A stretch of DNA of 64,000 nt from Amphiscolops sp. MND2022 (GCA_964187785.1 OZ076409.1:98644001-98708000), one strand, 5' to 3'. Shown: positions 24,489-38,354, counted from the stretch's first letter. The notes: a model not told the origin generated them from the letters alone. A program made the numbers and translations.

Positions 24489-25316
24489 TATCACGTTTAC
24501 ACTTTTAAATAATTATCTTTGTTATCTCGTGTTATTTCGTGTTATTTTTGTACACTACTGAGCTTTTACACTACTGGTTTTTTTTAAAATGATTGAATGT
24601 GCCTGTTCATTTCATTTTTTAAAAAAAATCGGAATTCAGTGTTTTTTTTTAATTGAGATGCTTTTGTATAATTACAATATGGTGTGAAATGAAAGTGGGG
24701 TGAAATGATTGTGGGGCGGAATGATATTGTGTGAAATGATATGGTGTGAAATGATATGGGGTGAAATGATTTTGGGGTGAAGTGAACGCACGCCGAAACT
24801 TCATGCATGAAACTCTGTTAGTAACGGATACCATTCTATGACCGTGGATTGATTTTCAACATGACGAGTTCTGTGAAAACAAATGAGACATTGTTTGTAT
24901 AAATGGTTGCAGTTTTCTTCTCATTGTGCAATATTTCACTTTTCAGAGGATCATCTGTTTTCGTTTCAAAAATGAAAAAAAGCTCGACTTGAATTTTTGT
25001 TTTATTTGATTGAATCCAATCTAAAAAAGATTCAGGTCGGCTGTTTTTGAGTTGCTAAGTCAGTCGCAATTTTCGCATCTCCAGGGTATTCTAAATTGCA
25101 TCGAAAGAAAGAATCAAAGGCCAATTTATTTTAGGTCAACCATAAAGGTGAAGTGCTTTCGTGGAGTCTAAACATCATAAATAGAATCAAAAGAGAGCAC
25201 CCATCGCAATAACCATTGAGGCGTGCGTCTTGCTACTTCGTTAGATCCATCGGTCTCAATTCTAACTTGAAAGCCAGTGTGATCTCCCAATTTAGGTTTA
25301 TTGCAATTGATTTTTT

Positions 25317-25723
25317 GGCTCTTTTCTGTCCCCCCCACCATCATAATTTTTTGAGGAAAAATTACAAATTTTCAAATTGGTTGAATTCGATGTGAAGTTT
25401 TTCCCATAACAGAAAGTTAACATCTATTGGAATAATTTTTCGTTTGAACAAAACATTTTTCACACATTTTGACTGTAAATATGTTGAAAATTAACTGTTT
25501 TTAGTGACTCAAAACAGGAAGCTGTTGAGTTTTCAACAGGAAACCGTGAGTTCATAAGGAAAAATGCGTGAACAAAGTTTGTATCTCAATTCTAAACTGT
25601 CATTCTGAGAACAAATTTATAAGTAAAGGTTTCTAATTTAGTTCTAAGTCTTTTTTATTTTATTATTTTCACAAAAATTTTCTCAAAAAAGTAGGTGGTG
25701 GGGAGGGGGGACAGAAAAGAACC
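25317..25723. mobile_element. GG...CC MITE (Merlin-like, ~8-bp TSD); same family as 41504-41693
   Basis: TIR GGCTCTTTTCTGTCCCCC / GGGGGACAGAAAAGAACC; flanks GATTTTTT / GATTTTTC. Confidence 0.75.
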
Positions 25724-26078
25724 GATTTTTCTTGTGCTTTGTGATCTAGTTTCTTTTATTTTTTTTTTCAAGGGAGGAACTTAAAATTTGGTAACAGGCA
25801 TCATGTTTCACTCATCTTTTGAAGTGTTTCTGTAGTGACGTAATATAGCCAGCCAGCCTTTTCGAACAAAATGACAAATGGAAAGGACATTTTCGCAACT
25901 TTTGAGGTCAACAAAAACCTCAATATATATCTGGACTGAAATGAATCCATAGTTGAAACTGCTTGACGGATTTGTAGGTTTCCAAGCTAATTTTCCATGA
26001 GTGATATAGAACTCTCACGGAATTTTCCATCAATTAGATTTGCACAGTTTCACGTGAATTTCAAGAAGTTGCCTGAAA

Positions 26079-26514
26079 GATAACGTCCCATATGACATAA
26101 ATGCAAATGACATAAATGCAAATAATATAAAAGTAAATTAATTCCCAGAAAAAATAAAACAATTAAACGCTTCTGATTGGTTAAAAATTGAAATTCAACC
26201 TTGCGTTATTTTCTCGTTTGCGCTGAATCATTGTTACAGCCAATATGTTGGAACTTGATTTATTTGAAAAGGTTTGCATATTTGTTGTATGGCTCGGTCG
26301 CTTCGCTCCCTTCGCCAAGTAGCAACATTGAGGCATGGCCATATGGCACGTCTTTCGCTCCTGCATTTAGGGCACTAGGGGTATGTGAACATATCTGACT
26401 ACGTTATAATAATATTTAATTTTTATGTTAAATGGGAATTCAAAGTACTTTTATGTTTTCTGGGAATTAATTTATTTTTATGTTCTTTGCATTTATGTCA
26501 TTTGGGAAACCACC
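26079..26514. mobile_element. MITE with 8-bp TSD (Merlin-like) carrying a central module shared with 54275-54416
   Basis: TSD GCCTGAAA (26071-26078, 26515-26522); inverted arms CCCATATGACATAAATGCAAA..AATTAATTCCCAGAAAA / TTTTCTGGGAATTAATT..TTTGCATTTATGTCATTTGGG. Confidence 0.8.
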
Positions 26515-28196
26515 GCCTGAAACTCGCATCCAAAATTTGGCAGCAAATGAGCGTCTTGAAGTTTTGCAAGTTTTATCATGCATTAATTCTGTTTCTGAAT
26601 GCAGCTGAGACTTTATCAATTTTACCGCCGTTTAAAACCAAATCAAACTTCAGTCACTTTGTTGATTTGAAAGTAGCGTCAAATTCACAGCGTGCAATTT
26701 GACTAATGGTGATTACATAAGTAGAACATTTAAGAAAATGAAGTGTGTAAACAAAATGAATTAGACGGGGCGAAGAAGCGAGAATTGCTCTCAGTTGTGA
26801 TCGCATATTTATGAGGAGAGAAATAAAATACATGATAAAAAATTTGAAAATAGTACAATTTTTCGGCCATCTTCTTTGAAATTGTAGATCAATTTCGACA
26901 GTCTAAAAACATTTTGCGCTTTCAGCGCGTTTTTGGATGGCAAAACTCTGGCGTCTACTACTTTGAGCCAATAGATTCGATACAAAACGTTACTGAGTTA
27001 ATCTGTGATTAGGAAATTAGTTCAAAAATTGGCCAGTTTTATGACTCTATCGGCAAAATGGAAATTTTCCATTATCGAAAAAGATTATATTTTTAGTTGG
27101 CGCTTATCGTTAGAAAAGAGCGACTATAGTCATGGCTTTTTGTCATTTTTTTTCGATACACCTGAACTGTCCAAAATAGCCTGTTTGGCCATCTACACAC
27201 CACATTGGAGATGTAAAGGAGCCCCTTCCAACAATAACGAAACCCTATACCGGATTTAACGTAAAGCGAATGTAACAAATACCGTATATAACGAATACCT
27301 GATATAACGTTTCTTGATGATTTTTTCAACATTTCAAAAGGGTCCCGCTTTCAATTTTCAAGATATTTAGAATTGATACAAAACCATTTGAGGTCAAAAG
27401 TTTCCCCCTTTGATTTTTTTTCGGTTTTGTGAGATCTTATCCTTTTTCAACTAAACCAAACTTTTTCAGAAAAAAGCAATCATTTTTTTGTTTCGTGTTT
27501 GGGAAACGAGGTTTTCGAGCCTTATGCGTATACCTTCGGGTGGTTTTCGGGACTGAGAAATTTACAAATTTGAACAATAGAGTCCTGTGCATATTTAAGA
27601 AACTTGAGCGGAGCACCGGCTTAGGCTGGTCCCGGCTTTTTTCAATATGCAAATGGTACTTATGGCAAATATTTTCAGCGGATTCCCCTTTGTCTAGTCT
27701 AAGATGCCGAAACGTTTTCTATTCTGCATTCCTGCATATAGGCTTTTTAAAAAAAACTATGAAAAAGTCATGAATCATGAATGGAAAGGTTTTTTAAAAC
27801 TTCCAAGCTGGTTGTAAAAAACACAGCACATTTATGCGCTTTCAAAAACTTCCATGCAGTTTACAAAATTGCGAAATTTTGACTGAAGTGGTATTCGACG
27901 TTACGAACTATTGTAACGTCTGAGATCTTTCTCAACAAGTCCGAAGCGAATTTTAAAAAACTTTTGTGCAATCAAAATTCAGAGGAGAAACAGCAGATTT
28001 TTTCATTTTCCCAGTGATTCAATTTTTTCAAGTCTTAACTGAACAAAGCTCAACTGAAAGTAAGCTTATTTTGGAACTCCTGTAGCCGTAAAAAACTAGC
28101 GACAAATCGCAAAAGGAATTTCTTTGAGGTGTTACGTTAACACGTGGTTAGTGAAATGCAACTGTTGAACTATTGGAACTGCTGTACACTTGAGTG

Positions 28197-29112
28197 CCCT
28201 AGTTGAAAAAAAATACAAACCTTGCAAGAATCTTGCAAGATCTTGACAAAAAATACAAATCTTGCAAGATTCTGTCAGAAATACATTTCTTGCAAGAACC
28301 TGACAGAAAAATATTTCTTGCAAGAATCTTGCAAGATTCTTGCAAGAATTACATCGAACCAAAATTTCGATGAAAAATTCGAAGTTGCGAATAGGGCGCG
28401 GCCATTTTGAATTTGAGTAGGGAAAAACTAGTTGCTTGTATTTCCTATCACATTTAACTGTATTTTGTATCAATTATGCCCCATGAGCATTGGGTTTTGG
28501 CATGAGCATTGGGTTTTGGTCAGATGAATTGTTCCGGTACTATTCCGGTCGAGACTATGTCTGGGCTCAATAGTACCGGATATAATGATAGAAAAAGGGC
28601 TTTCCCGGAGAGTGGGAATAATATCTAACGGAATAAGATCTAAACCAATCAAATGTCCTTTTTCGAGGTCCTCTTTTTGTTTGTATCTCTGCCAGTGTCG
28701 ACTGTTTCTCAGTTGGCCAGCCAAGACTATAAAAACGACGGATATTTTCGAGGTCCTGGTCTGATTTTTGATGGACCCCGAGAGACATCCATCATGGTTT
28801 TTGTGCTCATTCATCTGAATATTATTGTGAGTGGGGCTTTTTTGTCCACTTGTTCCTTTGTGCGAGGCTGAAGTTTTTTGGAACATGCTGAACACAATTT
28901 AGAAATGGCATATCTTGCTAGATTCTTGCAAGCTAAAGTTTCATCTTGCAAGAATCATACAAGATGAGGTACATCTTGCAAGAATCTTGCAAGATGAGGT
29001 ATATTTTGCAAGAATCTTGCAAGAAACATGCCAGAAAAATGCATTGTCTTGGCAAGATCTTGCCAGACATCTTGCAAGATTCTTGCAAGATTTGTATTTT
29101 TTTTCAACTGGG
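28197..29112. mobile_element. Non-autonomous CCC-ended (CACTA/EnSpm-like) element with CTTGCAAG subterminal palindromes
   Basis: ~40-bp TIR CCC(T)AGTTGAAAAAAAATACAAA(C/T)CTTGCAAGAATCTTGCAAGA at both ends, plus many TCTTGCAAGA repeats inside each end. Confidence 0.8.
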
Positions 29113-31211
29113 TAAATTTTCTTCATCTTGTTGACGAAATATTAACTGTACTGAATAATTATTTTGCTTAACAACCAGCTGATAAACTGCTGTTCTTATT
29201 CAATCATTTTGATTGACATTTTCACAGAAGAATTTAATTTTTTCTGAAGTTTTCTGACAAATTGGAAAAATCGTCATCTATTTGTAGTCATGTTTTAGTG
29301 GTTATGGATTTTTTAGTGGAACGAATCGAGTGTAGCTTAATTTTTGCCGAACTTTCATAGTATGATTTCATTTTGCTGTCCGAAACTTGTGAGCACTTTT
29401 GTTTTTTTCTTCTAGCATTTGATTGACATGAATTTGAATTCTTCAAAAAAAGCAATCAGCACGATTCACGACTTCTCTTTGAAAATTTTCAACAATTGCT
29501 TGTGTTGAAGCCTACGTTAAACATTTTAAAATATGTTCTGGTTGTCAATTAGAATTTCCCACTGCGGTTTTTACAAAAAAACTGATTTTTTAAAAGTTTT
29601 TATCATTATCCATTTAGTCTGCTCAATATCTTTACAACGAAAACAGGTGAATAGCCAACTTCACAAAGTCAATGCAAAACACGTTTCCGACCAAATAAAA
29701 CTTTCAAAAAGTTTAGACTTCTCTTTCTTTCCAATCAGCGCATTGTGAAATGGAACGCGACTATTATAATGGCTGTTCGTAGTTTTTTTCCAATCCATTT
29801 GAAGTGACCAAATGCAATGAAAACTTTATATACGATCTATGAAGATCTGTAATACGGCGACAATCTAAAGCGGGACTAAATGGTTCAAAGGGTCCTCCCT
29901 TTCATATTTTGATATATTCATCAGAATAAGAATAACTGTTATTCAATTTCTGTCTTTTTTTTCAGAAAAGAAGTCTCGTTTTGATGTTTTTTAGTCAGCG
30001 CTTTTATTTATTAAAAGAGCCCAACTAATACAGTCACTCGCTTTTTTTTCCTCCAGACAGTCTCGAATGTCGAATGTGACGAAATTTTTTCGTTCAATTT
30101 GTTCAACCAAACGGTTACCTGGTAACTGCAACCAAGTTATGGTTAAGGGTCCCCCTTCCGTTTTTTCCTCATCGCAGAAATAAAAGAAAAGGGCCCAACT
30201 ATTACAGTCACTCGTTTTTTATGACAGTCTCGAATGCGACGAAATGTTTGTTCAATTTGTTTAACTAAACGATAATCTGGGAACCGCATCCAAGTTATGG
30301 GAAAGTTCCCCGCATTCGTTTATTTTTTAAACGTATCATACAAAACCGGACGAGACTAAAGGCCCCCTTTTCAATTTTTCGGCACTGTGCGACTTTTTTC
30401 GACATTTGTTTTGTCTTCAAAGGGTCCCCTTTCGATTTTATTGACGTCTCCCGTAGTAATATCCGGAGTAAAGCGCCATATCAGAACTTTTGACGTTATT
30501 TCTGAACTACCTTGCGTTTTATTTAGGAGGAGGTGGACGTTCGAAAACAGGAGTTTTTCACGAAAACGTCCCACGCATATTTTAAAAACTGCGCTTTTTG
30601 AGCCTTAGATATAGCGCCGACTTGAGACGTTCCCGTCTTATTGATATATTCAGATAGCAAAGGTTTTTTCAGCTCGAAATAGTTTTTTGCGTCAAAGGTT
30701 TTGTAAATTTCATTCTGTCAATCGTTCACAAAACCTCAGGTTCAATGACAACATCATGCATATTTGGCAGGTACTTTACCTTAAACCAAGAAATCTCAAA
30801 GTTCCATTCATCAGAAATTTGGAAATGCGTTTCGCACATTTTGATAGACTGCTCAGTAAGTCTGGCACAATGTTCCAAGACGCTCTTTGATGATTTGTTC
30901 ACAAAAACTCATTTCTCGACTTGAGCTAGAAATATTATAACGTGTACTGTTTTTTTCGGCTCACACGCTTTCTAGCGTTGATGTGGGATTTGCCGAACAC
31001 AATTTCTGACGTTTTACAGGCAATTTGCATGAATGCGTTCAGTAATCCATTTCAGACTCCATTGAAAGAAACGTTTTCTATTTGTCGGAAGGTATCGATT
31101 TCGACGGAACATAAGACATTTCAATGGGAATGAAAATATTTTGTAAGGCTCAATTAACGTCACTTGCAATAGGTAGATATGACATTTTCAGGTTCTTTCA
31201 AATCAGATTTA

Positions 31212-31696
31212 AACAAGCCGGGACCGGCCCAAGTCGGCGCCATATCTAAGGCTCAAAAATAGCAAAAGGACTTCAATATGTCAAAGTATTGGTGAGTTGG
31301 GGACCCTTTTATGAAAAAAATTTTTTGGAAAAAAAGTCTCACAATGCCAATAAAAACTGAAAGGGAGGACCCTTTGGGGGTTTTCAACATCTATTTTGTC
31401 ACAAAACAGCAAAAAAATTGAAGGGGCACCCTTTGGGGAAATTTTTTTTCCAAAAAAAAGTCTCACAATGCCGAAAAAAACTAAAAGGGGGGACCCTTTG
31501 GTCTCGCCCGGTATGGTATGTTACGCGGGAAAACAGGAAAAACCTTTTTGGTTCAGTTCGCTAGGCCAAATGGTGCAATTTGGTGCAATAATATTTTGTA
31601 GAACTATTTTGGTCAGTTCAGGTGGTCTTAAAAAAACACTGACGAAAAGCCATGACTATAATCGACTCTTTTCTAAAGAAAAGCGCCGACTAAAAA
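31212..31696 (-). mobile_element. Helentron/DINE-1-like non-autonomous element
   Basis: AACAAGCCGGGACCGGCCCAAGTCGGCGCC ... GAAAAGCGCCGACTAAAAA; subTIR pair AGTCGGCGC / GCGCCGACT; internal GGGGGACCCTTT repeats. Confidence 0.8.
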
Positions 31697-31857
31697 TCAA
31701 CTGTTTTTGTCAGAGAAAATTCAACGTGGATATGAGATTATATTCAAACCGATGAATTGCCGAAACTAGAAGTATGTCGATCCAGTTTTGAAAGACAAGA
31801 AGATGAAAAGGAGCGTTTTCTCAATAGTGTAGTGATTATTCGATCGTATGATACGTA

Positions 31858-32040
31858 CCCTGGTTGAAAAATACAGATATTGCAAGAATCATGCAAGATA
31901 GCCATGAAACAAATAAATCTTGCAAGAATCTGACAGAAAACGCCAATCTTGAAAGAATCTGATAGAAAATCAATTTCTCTGCAAGAATCTTGTAAGATCC
32001 TTGCAAGATTTGCATTTCCGGTGAAATGTCTTTCAAGAGC
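31858..32040 (+). mobile_element. One end of the CCC/CTTGCAAG family (partial copy)
   Basis: TA|CCCTGGTTGAAAAATACAGATATTGCAAGAATCATGCAAGA followed by TGCAAGAATC repeats. Confidence 0.65.
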
Positions 32041-32446
32041 TTATATCCTTATGTCAACAAAATCTCAGTTGAAAGTTTCTAGGGTGAACTACCAAATGAA
32101 CTTTTCTCCAGCTTGGTAAAGTAGAAGTTGAGCGTAACCAGCAGCCTTTGCTCTAAATGAAACGAAACAGAGATACAAAAAGATAATCGGCCTTCAACAA
32201 AATTGTTTTTTGATTTTTCATTTATTTGGTGAATAAAATATTCGTGAAAATCGAAGACGTTTTTCCGTTTTGTGAGTTCGATCTGCATCAGACATTCCCC
32301 AAAGAAGCATTTGACTTGTTTTTCCCCAATTACTTTCGTTAGTTCGAGACCTTAATGGTTTCTCTCAAAAAATGTTCCCTTTTTTCGTAACAAAAATTGA
32401 ATTGTTTAGGTGCCAAAATCCAAAAAATTATCTTTTTCTTTCACAC

Positions 32447-32825
32447 TAGAAGTGTATCGGACAACAAGTCCGGTCCGGTATCCGGCCGGATTTCAGGAAA
32501 ATGTCCTGTCCGGTATCCGGCCGGACTGTTTACAATGTCCGACCGGATGTTATCTTAGAATAATGATCTTAAATAATCGGAATATCTAACTTAGAAATGT
32601 GTATGTGCATGGAAAAATTGAATTTGTGAATCAAAATTCAATAAATTATGGCGGAGGAAATTAGCTTTCGCCGCTGTGGTAAAAGCCGGCTTTTCTTCGT
32701 AATCCTCGTTGCCCAATTCTAAAAACATACCTTCATTCAAAAAACAGCCCGACCGGTATCCGGCTTTAATCAGTCCTGTACGGTTGTCCGGCCGGACGGA
32801 AATTCTCCTGTCTGGTGCACCTCTA
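32447..32825. mobile_element. hAT-like MITE with CCGG-rich subterminal repeats
   Basis: Imperfect TIR TAGAAGTGTATCGGACA / TGTCTGGTGCACCTCTA; TCCGGTATCCGGCCGGA repeats; TTTCACAC on both sides (offset by 4 nt on the right). Confidence 0.6.
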
Positions 32826-35800
32826 TTTATTTCACACCTACCAAAAATTAAATTGAGAGAAATTAGAAAAGTAAACAGTACTCACTGCACTCTGAGCGGC
32901 CTTCTTTAGTGAACCAGACCTTACTCCGGAAAGCCACTGGTCGCCCCGGTTTGGCTGCAGCCGAGACCCCGCCCACCACTGCAATGTCCTGCAAGGCAGC
33001 TATATCCTGACAACTGTGAGCCTTCAAGTGTTTGCCCCCCTGATTAGATGGGTGTACCCCGCTCATTTTGGGTGTCAAGGCTTCCCCGGTCCGCTGTTTG
33101 GCGTTGACAACCTTGGACCAGAGACCCAACTTGTTTCAGAAGCAAAAAAAAACACAATTTCCTGTTTTTAGTCGGCGCGTTTTCCTTTTAAGGAAAAATG
33201 CCCGACTATAGCAGTGACTTTTTTCTTCACCCTGGTCGAAGTTGCCGAGAAGTTTTACAGGCACCTTCAAAAAATGCCGGCTATTTTTTTTTATAAAACT
33301 TGGAAAATTCAGGGAACATGCCTGGGAAATTTTTGTAAAATTAAAAGACAACTTATAAAAGTTTGCAAAATTACAAGGCAACTTGGAAAATGCTGGCAGC
33401 ATTTCAAGGTGCTTTTAAAAGAATTCCCCGCAACCTATAAAACATTTTAAATAAATCCATGTGTCACCTCAAAAAACTCTCAAAACGATCTTTCAATTTG
33501 AACTCAATTCTCATTCTGACGAAGTCTAATTTCTTCAATTTTGATGTTCTTGTAAAAAAACCAATAAGAATAAAACTGAATTAAAATGTCTAAAAATGTG
33601 TGGTCCACTTTTTGCAGAATTTCCTAAAACTACTAAAACCAAGTCCGGCCAGTTCAAAACTTGGTCCAAAGGGTCCCCCTTTTTATTTTTTCCTTTTTAA
33701 CGTAACCCAAAAGGGTCCCCAAAAGTCTCAAAAGGGTCCCCCTTCGAGTTTTGTGGTATTTTGCAACTGAATGTGTTAATCGATCCCAAACGGTCCCCCT
33801 TTTACATTTTTCGGCACTGTACGAGATTTTCCAAAAGAAAAAAATTCAAAAATTTCAAGTTTTTTTTCAAAAAATTGTTTTGCGCTTTTTGAGCCTTAGA
33901 TATAGCGCCGACTAAGGAAATTTTCATGCAGTTTCACACATTTTCAGCCAATGTTTGGAAACTATTTTCTTTGAAAAACAAAGTCCAACAAGAATGTCCA
34001 TAGTTTGTTCAGAATTAGTCAAGCAAACGGCCTGAGGCAAAAGTGAAAAATCTTTCTGCGGAATTGACACTCGGTCGGAATTGTGTCAAATCTTTTAGTC
34101 GGAATTGTCTGAAGTCTTACCATGACGAACTTTTGAACCTTTTCAGTATGAACGATAAGAAATAATATTTCAGTTTTATATTGACCATAACACATATAAC
34201 GATGAAATGATCAAATTTTAAAATTTTTCCTGGATCTTGAAAACGACAAAAACAATGGATTTCAAGCCATTTTTTGAAAAGCCATTCTAGAACTTTATGC
34301 ACATTTCTACTTGAACGGGTTTTGAGAGACTTTTTCAGTAGAAAATATAACTTTTTGTCAAGCAATTCAGTCTGAAAGATTTCTTTCTGACAGCGTATTA
34401 GCCGAATGTCGAAAAATATCGCAGTGCCACTGCTCTTATTGAACCTTGTTTTTGTCTTAGCCTAAAGCAGTAAAATTGAATTGTAGGAAAATGTCAAAAT
34501 GAAACGTTAATTTAAATTCAACTGATAATTCACTTGATATTATGTATTTCGCCAGGAATTCAATTTTCATTGCGCAATAAGCTGGGTCCTTGCCTTGGAT
34601 TCTTCCTTGTTGACCACCACAACAGCCGATGTCAATGCCTTGCGCAATCGAACATATGGGGAATTCAACACAGACCTGAAACGAAAATCGCAGTAAAAAA
34701 TGAGAAACATCCCATTTCAAAAAAGTCTCACAGAGCCGAAAACCCAAGGAGCCAGGCGGGACCCTTTAGGCTAACAAAATGCTTTTTTGTTGCTAGAAAA
34801 TCAAAAAATTCAAAATTCATTTGATTACCAATTTTCGTTTGGAATAAATATTGAAAGAATTGGAGTTCCATACAAATAATATAAGTATGAGTTATACTTG
34901 TTATCCTTTTTTTTGATTTTTTTTAGTTCATAACTTTCACATCTCGTTCTACGTTGCTACCGAACACTAGTAAGAATCTTAACTTAAGAAACTTTAATAA
35001 CGCATATCTTTTTTTATTAGTAAATTGGGAACCTCAAAGGACCTAATACGTATCCGAAGAAAGGCGCGTTTTGACAGAGTCCACGAGATGATAGATATGG
35101 GACTTGTAGCCTGAAGTTCTAACAAGACGCCCGCTATGTACACGGATATTTTCCGCTTTTTATTGGCTATTAATAGACGCTTGTCAAAAATTTACCTCTT
35201 CCTTTGTAAAACCCAATTTATTTCGTATATAACGTCAAAATTCGGATATAGAGTGTTTTGACAAATTGGAGCGCCTTGTTTTCGAACCTCAGCCTCCTGC
35301 TTAGTAAAACGCAATATAGTTTGGATATAACGTCAAAATTTGGATATAGCGCAATGGTTTCGGAAGTCTGCTTTACTTACACAAGGATATTTTCCCCTCG
35401 GATAAACATACTTTCTGCATGAATAAAAAACTTTTCTACATGAATAAACAAAGTGAAGTATTGAAGTGGAGATTGGTACAATTTGGAAAAAACGCAACAC
35501 AGATTATGATTATCCTCCCCCATACGCAAATAATATTCTTGTTATATCTTTTTTCAGTTTCAAATAATTCAAAGTTCAGCGGCTTGTATTTTTCCCGGCG
35601 GCTTGTATTTTTCGAGGTGAACTGTTTTCCATGTATTTTTCCATACGGCTTGTATTACAGAATACCTGAAAACCCAAAAGAGATATTCTGGACTCGAATG
35701 GCGGCTGCGAGATGAACCGGTTCACAGGACATTGTTTCATTCTCGTACGAGACGCCCTTTTGTCTACCTGCATTTAACACAACATGAAATTCCATGTGAT

Positions 35801-36091
35801 TCCATGCATGGAGCCATATGGTTCCATACAATAATTTCATACTCTTTCCATGCATGGAACCATATGAAATTTTCTTTTTTGATCTCATGATGAACATGCA
35901 AGAGACGATTTAAAAACATTTTCAACGGAGTATTCCATCAATTGAAGATGGTGGATAGCCCTGAAGTTTTAAAACGGGTAGTCGTCCGATAAGAATACGG
36001 ATGTCGTAAATGGATATGTTTGTCATTATTGCAAAGCTTCATACACAAACATTCAGATGTTTTCAAAAATTTATTAACTAGCATATTTTAA

Positions 36092-36610
36092 AACAAGCCG
36101 GGAACGGCCCAAATCGGCGCCATATCCAAGGCTCAAAAATAGCAAAAGGACTCCAAAGTGTCAAGTTTTCTCTTCTACAGTACCCGAATGAGGAAAAATT
36201 GAAAAAAAATCCGTTATTTTTTTGAAGTTTTTTTCGAAATATTTTTTGGCCTCCGGTAAGTTGCATAGCATAGTGCGGAAAAATGTAAAAGGGGACCATT
36301 TGGGAGCTTTGGAACATCCAGGGGGATGAAGGAGGAATGAAGGGGGATCCTTTGGAGACATTTAAAAAATTTGCGAAAAAAGTCTCACAAAGCCGAAATA
36401 ACCTGCACAGAGAAATTTTTGGTCAAGGGTGGGACTCGAACCCACGACTTCCAAAATCCTCAAAAAATCAGAAGCAGAAGAAGCTGCATTAGTGTGGCAG
36501 TTACTGGAAGCCAGCTTATAAAGCTTATGAAATCTGTCACTTCGTTGGTCTTAAAAAAAGAAAAATCACTACTATAGCCTGCGTTTTCTACAAAAAGCAC
36601 CGACTAAAAA
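36092..36610 (-). mobile_element. Helentron/DINE-1-like non-autonomous element containing a tRNA B-box-like segment
   Basis: Family termini present; internal GGGACTCGAACCCACGAC is the reverse complement of a B-box/T-loop sequence. Confidence 0.75.
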
Positions 36611-36825
36611 AGAATGCTTCCAATGTGAAACTGGTGACTTGTTCTTTAAAAAATTTATAAAAATTTCAACTAATCTTCTTTCATTCCGGTACACAAACAA
36701 TTGCGGCAAATAATCTTAAATTATTTCAGGTTTCCGTAATGCTAATTAATCGGCGCTTTCGATAGAAAACGCAGACTACAAAATTGGCTCTTCTTAATGC
36801 CAACAAACTAACTTGCCAACTAGTT

Positions 36826-36915
36826 CCCGCATTTTGGCCTAGTGATTAACGCGGATTTCCAGAGCTGGTGACGAGATCCGCGAAGCAGGGTTAGGGTTCG
36901 AGTCCCGCGCTAAAC
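36826..36915 (+). other. tRNA-derived SINE-head-like segment
   Basis: TGGCCTAGTG (A-box-like) ... GGGTTCGAGTCCCG (B box). Confidence 0.45.
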
Positions 36916-38354
36916 CATTAATTTTGTTTTTGTTTGCAAATGTAGAGGAAAGAGCAAAGGGCCCCTCCTTTGGGTTTTTTATCGGTATTTTTCCTGTTTT
37001 TTTTCCAAAGCTTCTCTGCAATTTTTAGCAAAACCAAATATTTTGCGAACATAGAGTTCCCCGTACAGGTTTTTGGCACTATGCATTTTCCAAATATTTT
37101 TCTACACCTAGTTTGTTAAGGAAGAAAATTGATGAGGGAAACCTGCTTCAGAGTCTTAACAGTGGCATCTTTGCTTTTGATTTGGTCCTTTGGTATTTAT
37201 GAGAGTTTGCGATAATTGCGGAAAAGACCTACGGTTTCCTAGGTTCTGTGCGAAAGCCCTCCTAGGCTTTTACAAAACTTTCTTTCTTTTCACCAAATTG
37301 CGCTGCTTTGGTATTTTAAAAAATGCTTTCAATTTGAAAAATGCATTCTTCGAGACAAAAAAAGTCACAACTCTTGGTATTTTTGTCACTGTGCGACGTT
37401 ATTCGCGCAATAAAATTCGGAAAAATCACAAATTTGTCTGTCTTGATGTTTTCAGTTAAGAAATATTTTTTACTCCTTTGCAAAATTACTCAAATTACAA
37501 TTTTGTTTTCCACTTGCAAAAACATTTTACGAACTTAAAGCCCCTTTTTGGGTTTTTCGGCACTACGAAATCTATTTTTTTTATAATGGAGTTCCCTAAT
37601 CGAAGTTGCCGCGAAGTTTTACAGGCACCTTCAAAAAATGCCGGCTAATTTTTTAGAAAACATGGAAAATTCAGGGACCATGCATGGAAACATTTTGTAG
37701 GATTACTCTGCAGCTTTCACTATTTGAGTTAAAACTGAAAACATTTCCACTTCTTCACCACCGCGATCACTTTGTTTTCAAGTAAGTTTCTCAAGTAAGT
37801 ACCTTATGTAAACACCGTCAGTCAAATAGCACGCTGAATATGACGCTACTTTGAAACTTATTATACGACTGAAATTTATTTGCATTGAAACCGCGGTAAA
37901 ATTGACGAAAGTCTCAGCTGCTTTCAAAATTAGAACGGCGCCTTTAATGAAACCTGTAGAACTTCGCGGCTCAGAATTGCCGCCAAATTTACGATGCATC
38001 TTAAAGGCAGCTTGATGAATTTTAATTGCATCAGTGAAGTTTTAATACATTGAGGTTTCCTTGAGATTTTTATAAAATCATGAAAAATTAGCTTGGTAAC
38101 CTACAAAAACTTGTAAAAAGTTCAAGCAATTGCAACCAGGGGTTTTAGTTATAAACGAGCTATGGAAAAGGCTGTCTTATGCGTATCCCTTCGAGTATTT
38201 TTCGGCAGTGTAAAATTAATGAAAATTTTCACAATGGTGTCCCTTTACACACTTAATTAACACTTTACTCTGTTTGAATGTTAAGCGGGCGCCGATTTGG
38301 GCTGTTCCCAATTTGTTTTATATAACTGGAAAAAATTGAATGGATCCAAATTTG

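Larger units (their letters stand above)
21330..24794. mobile_element. GG...CC non-autonomous DNA element with ATTTCACCCC subterminal repeats (Merlin- or MULE-like), now containing a LINE and a tRNA-like segment
   Basis: CATTTCACCCC repeats at 21340-21450 are inverted relative to GGGGTGAAATG repeats at 24680-24785. TSD GAAACTTC at 21322-21329 and 24795-24802 (a 9-bp CGAAACTTC reading is also possible). Confidence 0.75.

Noticed and set aside
28470..28895. 141-aa minus-strand ORF as captured cargo of the CCC-ended element
   Set aside because: No recognisable motif; short competing ORFs on both strands.
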